Shown: positions 61,350 through 64,000 of the stretch, piece by piece | How the letters are laid out: every line of letters starts with the position of its first letter | How positions within the stretch are numbered: position 1 is the stretch's first letter | NCBI GenBank assembly: GCA_002159075.1 | Contig: LZRT01000085.1 | Location: 6,177 to 70,176 of the forward strand | DNA from: Bacillus thermozeamaize | GTDB lineage: Bacteria > Bacillota > Bacilli > ZCTH02-B2 | Reading direction: 5' to 3' | Length of the DNA: 64,000 bases | Notes under the pieces: generated by a model | Seen by the model: the letters and a program-made list of their open reading frames with translations, nothing else | Databases searched by the model: none | What the model was told of the DNA's origin: nothing | Made by a program: the position numbers and the translations under genes

Positions 61350-62119
61350 TTGAACTGGAACAAGCCCGCGCCCGGTTGCACGAATTGGGACTGGAACAGG
61401 CAGCCCTTCAATTGGATGCACAGCTGGAAGCCGCAAGTCGTGAGCAAAGCACATACCTTGCTTTTCTCAACCATCTCTTGGATGTTGAGACCTCCGAACG
61501 GCAAAAGCGAAATCTGGAGGTTCGGACCAAACTGGCCCATTTGCCCTACCGGAAAACGCTCGATGAATTTGATTTTGCCTTCCAGCCCAGTATTGATGAG
61601 CGCCTGATTCGTGAATTAGCTACGATGAGCTTCATTAGTCGCAATGAGAATGTCCTGTTTCTCGGTCCTCCTGGGGTAGGCAAAAGCCATTTGGCAGTGG
61701 CCTTGGCCAATGAGGCGATCCATCAAGGCGTCTCCGTTTACTTTGTCAGCATGTCGTACATGATGGAAGACTTGCGTAAGGCGTACACAGAGAACCGGTT
61801 GGACAAGCGGTTGCGGGTGTATCTCAGACCCCGCATGCTTGTGGTTGATGAGGTCGGATATTTGCCTCTGGACAACATTGCAGCCAATCTCTTTTTCCAG
61901 GTGGTGAGTGCCCGTTACGAGCGAGGGAGTATCTTGCTGACAAGCAACAAAAGTTTTGGAGAGTGGGGAGAGTTGGTAGGGGATCCGATCTTGGCAACAG
62001 CAATCCTGGATCGCCTCCTCCACCATTGCCATGTCATCAACATCCGTGGAAACAGCTATCGCTTGAAAGAAAAAGTGAGGGCTGGGATCTACGGAACACC
62101 GCCATCAATGACACGATGA
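61346..62119 (+). CDS. istB: IS21 helper ATPase
   Basis: GPPGVGKSH, 'VVDEVGY', 'RYERGS', 'AILDRLLH', 'GNSYR'; ATGA overlap with istA. Confidence 0.95.
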   Translation: MIELEQARARLHELGLEQAALQLDAQLEAASREQSTYLAFLNHLLDVETSERQKRNLEVRTKLAHLPYRKTLDEFDFAFQPSIDERLIRELATMSFISRNENVLFLGPPGVGKSHLAVALANEAIHQGVSVYFVSMSYMMEDLRKAYTENRLDKRLRVYLRPRMLVVDEVGYLPLDNIAANLFFQVVSARYERGSILLTSNKSFGEWGELVGDPILATAILDRLLHHCHVINIRGNSYRLKEKVRAGIYGTPPSMTR

Positions 62120-62199
62120 ATCACCCGTGGTGGGTCAATTTTAAACTGGCCAAAGTGGGTCAAATATAATCCGGCCTTGACACTGGTGGATGAAACAAA

Positions 62200-62259
62200 G
62201 GTGTTTGTCATCAATCTGAGACCTGGCAAGTGCCAGATCTCAGATTGATGACAAACACC
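62200..62259. repeat. 60-bp near-perfect palindrome
   Basis: GGTGTTTGTCATCAATCTGAGA / TCTCAGATTGATGACAAACACC (22-bp perfect arms) enclosing CTGGCA-ag-TGCCAG. Confidence 0.9.
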
Positions 62260-62511
62260 ATTGCTCCGTCTACCAAAAAGGGGAAACCTGTTCAATATGA
62301 AGTGAATCGGATTTTTTCCAATTTCACTTTTGCATTACCTCATGTTGTGATGCAAACACATCTACTGGAACAAAAAAGGATTTAATGCAAAAGGTTCATA
62401 AAAATAAATGAATGATCATTTTCTTTTAATGTTGTATAATTGTGATGTATTACAGAAGTAGTATTTAAAAATGTCAGATTTAGCAATTGGCGTAAGGAGG
62501 GAATAAGAAGC

Positions 62512-62712
62512 GTGATTATAATTAAACTTTTATGGTTGGTTTTGTTTTTCGGGATATTATCAGCGGTTATTGTATTTTTAAGGAGAAGCAGATCACAGGA
62601 AGAAATGACAATTAAAAGTCTTCTTTTTTTAATCTTCGATGCAGTTTTGTTTTTTTTTGCTGCGATGGTTCTGTCCATCTTAATTGGTATAGCAGATATA
62701 GTTTTTCAATAA
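62512..62712 (+). CDS. Small two-TM membrane protein (66 aa)
   Basis: AAGGAGG RBS; two hydrophobic helices separated by a basic loop. Confidence 0.65.
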   Translation: MIIIKLLWLVLFFGILSAVIVFLRRSRSQEEMTIKSLLFLIFDAVLFFFAAMVLSILIGIADIVFQ

Positions 62713-63113
62713 ATAGAGCTTGTTGAATAAATCAATGGAGAAAAACACCTGCTCTCTGTCGAGTTTTGCTGTAACGACTGACTTTAGTTTCTATTTTGAT
62801 GTTTATCTGTTCCACGGAGCCTTGCAGATTTCACCCCATGGGATAAGTCTACCAACCAGTCACAGAAATAAGAAAAGATTACCCACATCACATGTCGGCG
62901 GTAGCAATTTTGACAAAAAGTCGCGGATTCTCCAAGTGATACCTCACTTTGAGAATTGAAAAGAATCGTTCCATCTAAGCATGCATCTCCATGTCGAAAA
63001 TTGACGAAAAAGTGATATACTATTTATTATTGACAAAATTAAACATTTGCTTTAAACTTCAATATACCATCTTCTCTTTGCCAAAAAATATATTAAGGAA
63101 AGGGATGATAGTA

Positions 63114-63872
63114 ATGAAGAAGTTTTTCCTTATCATGTTGTCTGCTATTTTTGTAATTGTTAGCTCTATTTTAGGTGGAATTGAAGTCAATGCAGAAACA
63201 AATGCAACTTCTTTAGAGGACATTAGTAAGATTGAACTTGATTCAAAATTGAAAAGCGATGAGCCAATTATAACTTTGGAAGCATATAATCAGCTTCTGA
63301 AAAAGAATGGTTTACCAACCGTCACACATGAAGTAAAAATTCCAACCTTCAGGGAAATCAATGAAGCTTTAGCAAAAATGAATGTTTCTCAAGATAATCC
63401 GTATGAGCAAGTATATTTGGGTGACGGTTTCTATATTGAAGCCATAGTTTCCGAAAGAACTCCTTCGAATGATAATTTATCCGTGTCAGGTACTTCAGAT
63501 GTTAAACCAATGGCTGTGTATTCTACAACAGCAAAAGGGACAATTCACTTAAAAGGATTTTTTGGGTTGATAAGAGTTGCATCTCTAACAATGTCGGTAA
63601 ACTATTCTTATGACCCTAATCCTCCTGCAAAAATTGTCAGTTACCAAAACACGCCAACTGTAGCGCCATGGGCTCTCCCTCCTGGCACATATAAAGTATT
63701 AATGGCAAAAAATCTTCGTATTGACCCTGCAGGCGCAGTCATGGATGCAATAACAGATGTTGAATATGATTCCGTACCGGATTATAACGTCAAGTTCATA
63801 GGACATATGGAACTTCGTTACACAGCAACAGGGACATATTACATTCATGATAGTTGGTTCATCGCTCCCTAG
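63114..63872 (+). CDS. Secreted hypothetical protein (~252 aa)
   Basis: Sec-type signal peptide 'MKKFFLIMLSAIFVIVSSILGGIEVNA'; RBS AAGGGA; no family recognised. Confidence 0.75.
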   Translation: MKKFFLIMLSAIFVIVSSILGGIEVNAETNATSLEDISKIELDSKLKSDEPIITLEAYNQLLKKNGLPTVTHEVKIPTFREINEALAKMNVSQDNPYEQVYLGDGFYIEAIVSERTPSNDNLSVSGTSDVKPMAVYSTTAKGTIHLKGFFGLIRVASLTMSVNYSYDPNPPAKIVSYQNTPTVAPWALPPGTYKVLMAKNLRIDPAGAVMDAITDVEYDSVPDYNVKFIGHMELRYTATGTYYIHDSWFIAP

Positions 63873-64000
63873 GAATCAAACAGAGGTAAAAAGGTTAACC
63901 GACACTCTCGAGAATCTACAACCCATGATGGATTGCAGTTTATGATTTCGACAAAAAAGCCTGTAGACAAAGCTCCAAACGGAGCCAGGTCTACATGCTT

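Larger units (their letters stand above)
60013..62182 (+). mobile_element. IS21-family insertion sequence (2170 bp)
   Basis: IRL TGTTAACGCCGACGTATAATTGACCC; IRR (reverse complement) TGTCAAGGCCGGATTATATTTGACCC; repeated TTGACCC motifs; 5-bp target duplication CTGGT at 60008-60012 and 62183-62187. Confidence 0.93.

Overview
Chromosomal window from a moderately GC-rich Bacillota (Bacillales-like), judged from SigA and sigma-54/SigL promoters, CymR- and CcpA-type boxes, Mn-SOD and Bacillus-type tRNAs. It has four parts. (1) 1-7.3 kb: an organosulfur-scavenging locus with TauT/SsuABC-type transporters, a family III CoA-transferase, a Gln-type thiol dioxygenase and a DszC/MsuC/SfnB-type monooxygenase. 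Upstream are a SigA promoter, a CymR-like box and an unexplained terminator-containing leader. (2) 7.4-49.7 kb: a ~42-kb acyl-CoA catabolic island resembling an expanded Gram-positive version of the Pseudomonas acyclic terpene utilisation (Atu) pathway. It has two paralogous CBS-PAS-AAA+ sigma-54 activators and four -24/-12 promoters, each with the same upstream TGT-N12-ACA-WW-TGT motif. Enzymes include six acyl-CoA dehydrogenases (two AtuD-like, plus one ChsE-type alpha2beta2 pair), a split AtuA, two carboxyltransferases with one biotin carboxylase and one BCCP, seven acyl-CoA ligases plus Acs, and an AT-rich amidase cassette. TRAP and SSS importers are also present. (3) 49.8-59.2 kb: housekeeping genes (SLT, sodA, HAD, ilvD, CPA2 antiporter, ddl, PHP) and four tRNAs. 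(4) 59.2-64 kb: an AT-rich decayed island at tRNA-Val with an integrase remnant, small membrane ORFs, an intact IS21-family element inserted in one arm of a long inverted repeat, and a secreted hypothetical protein. All calls come from motif recognition by eye; no database searches were run.
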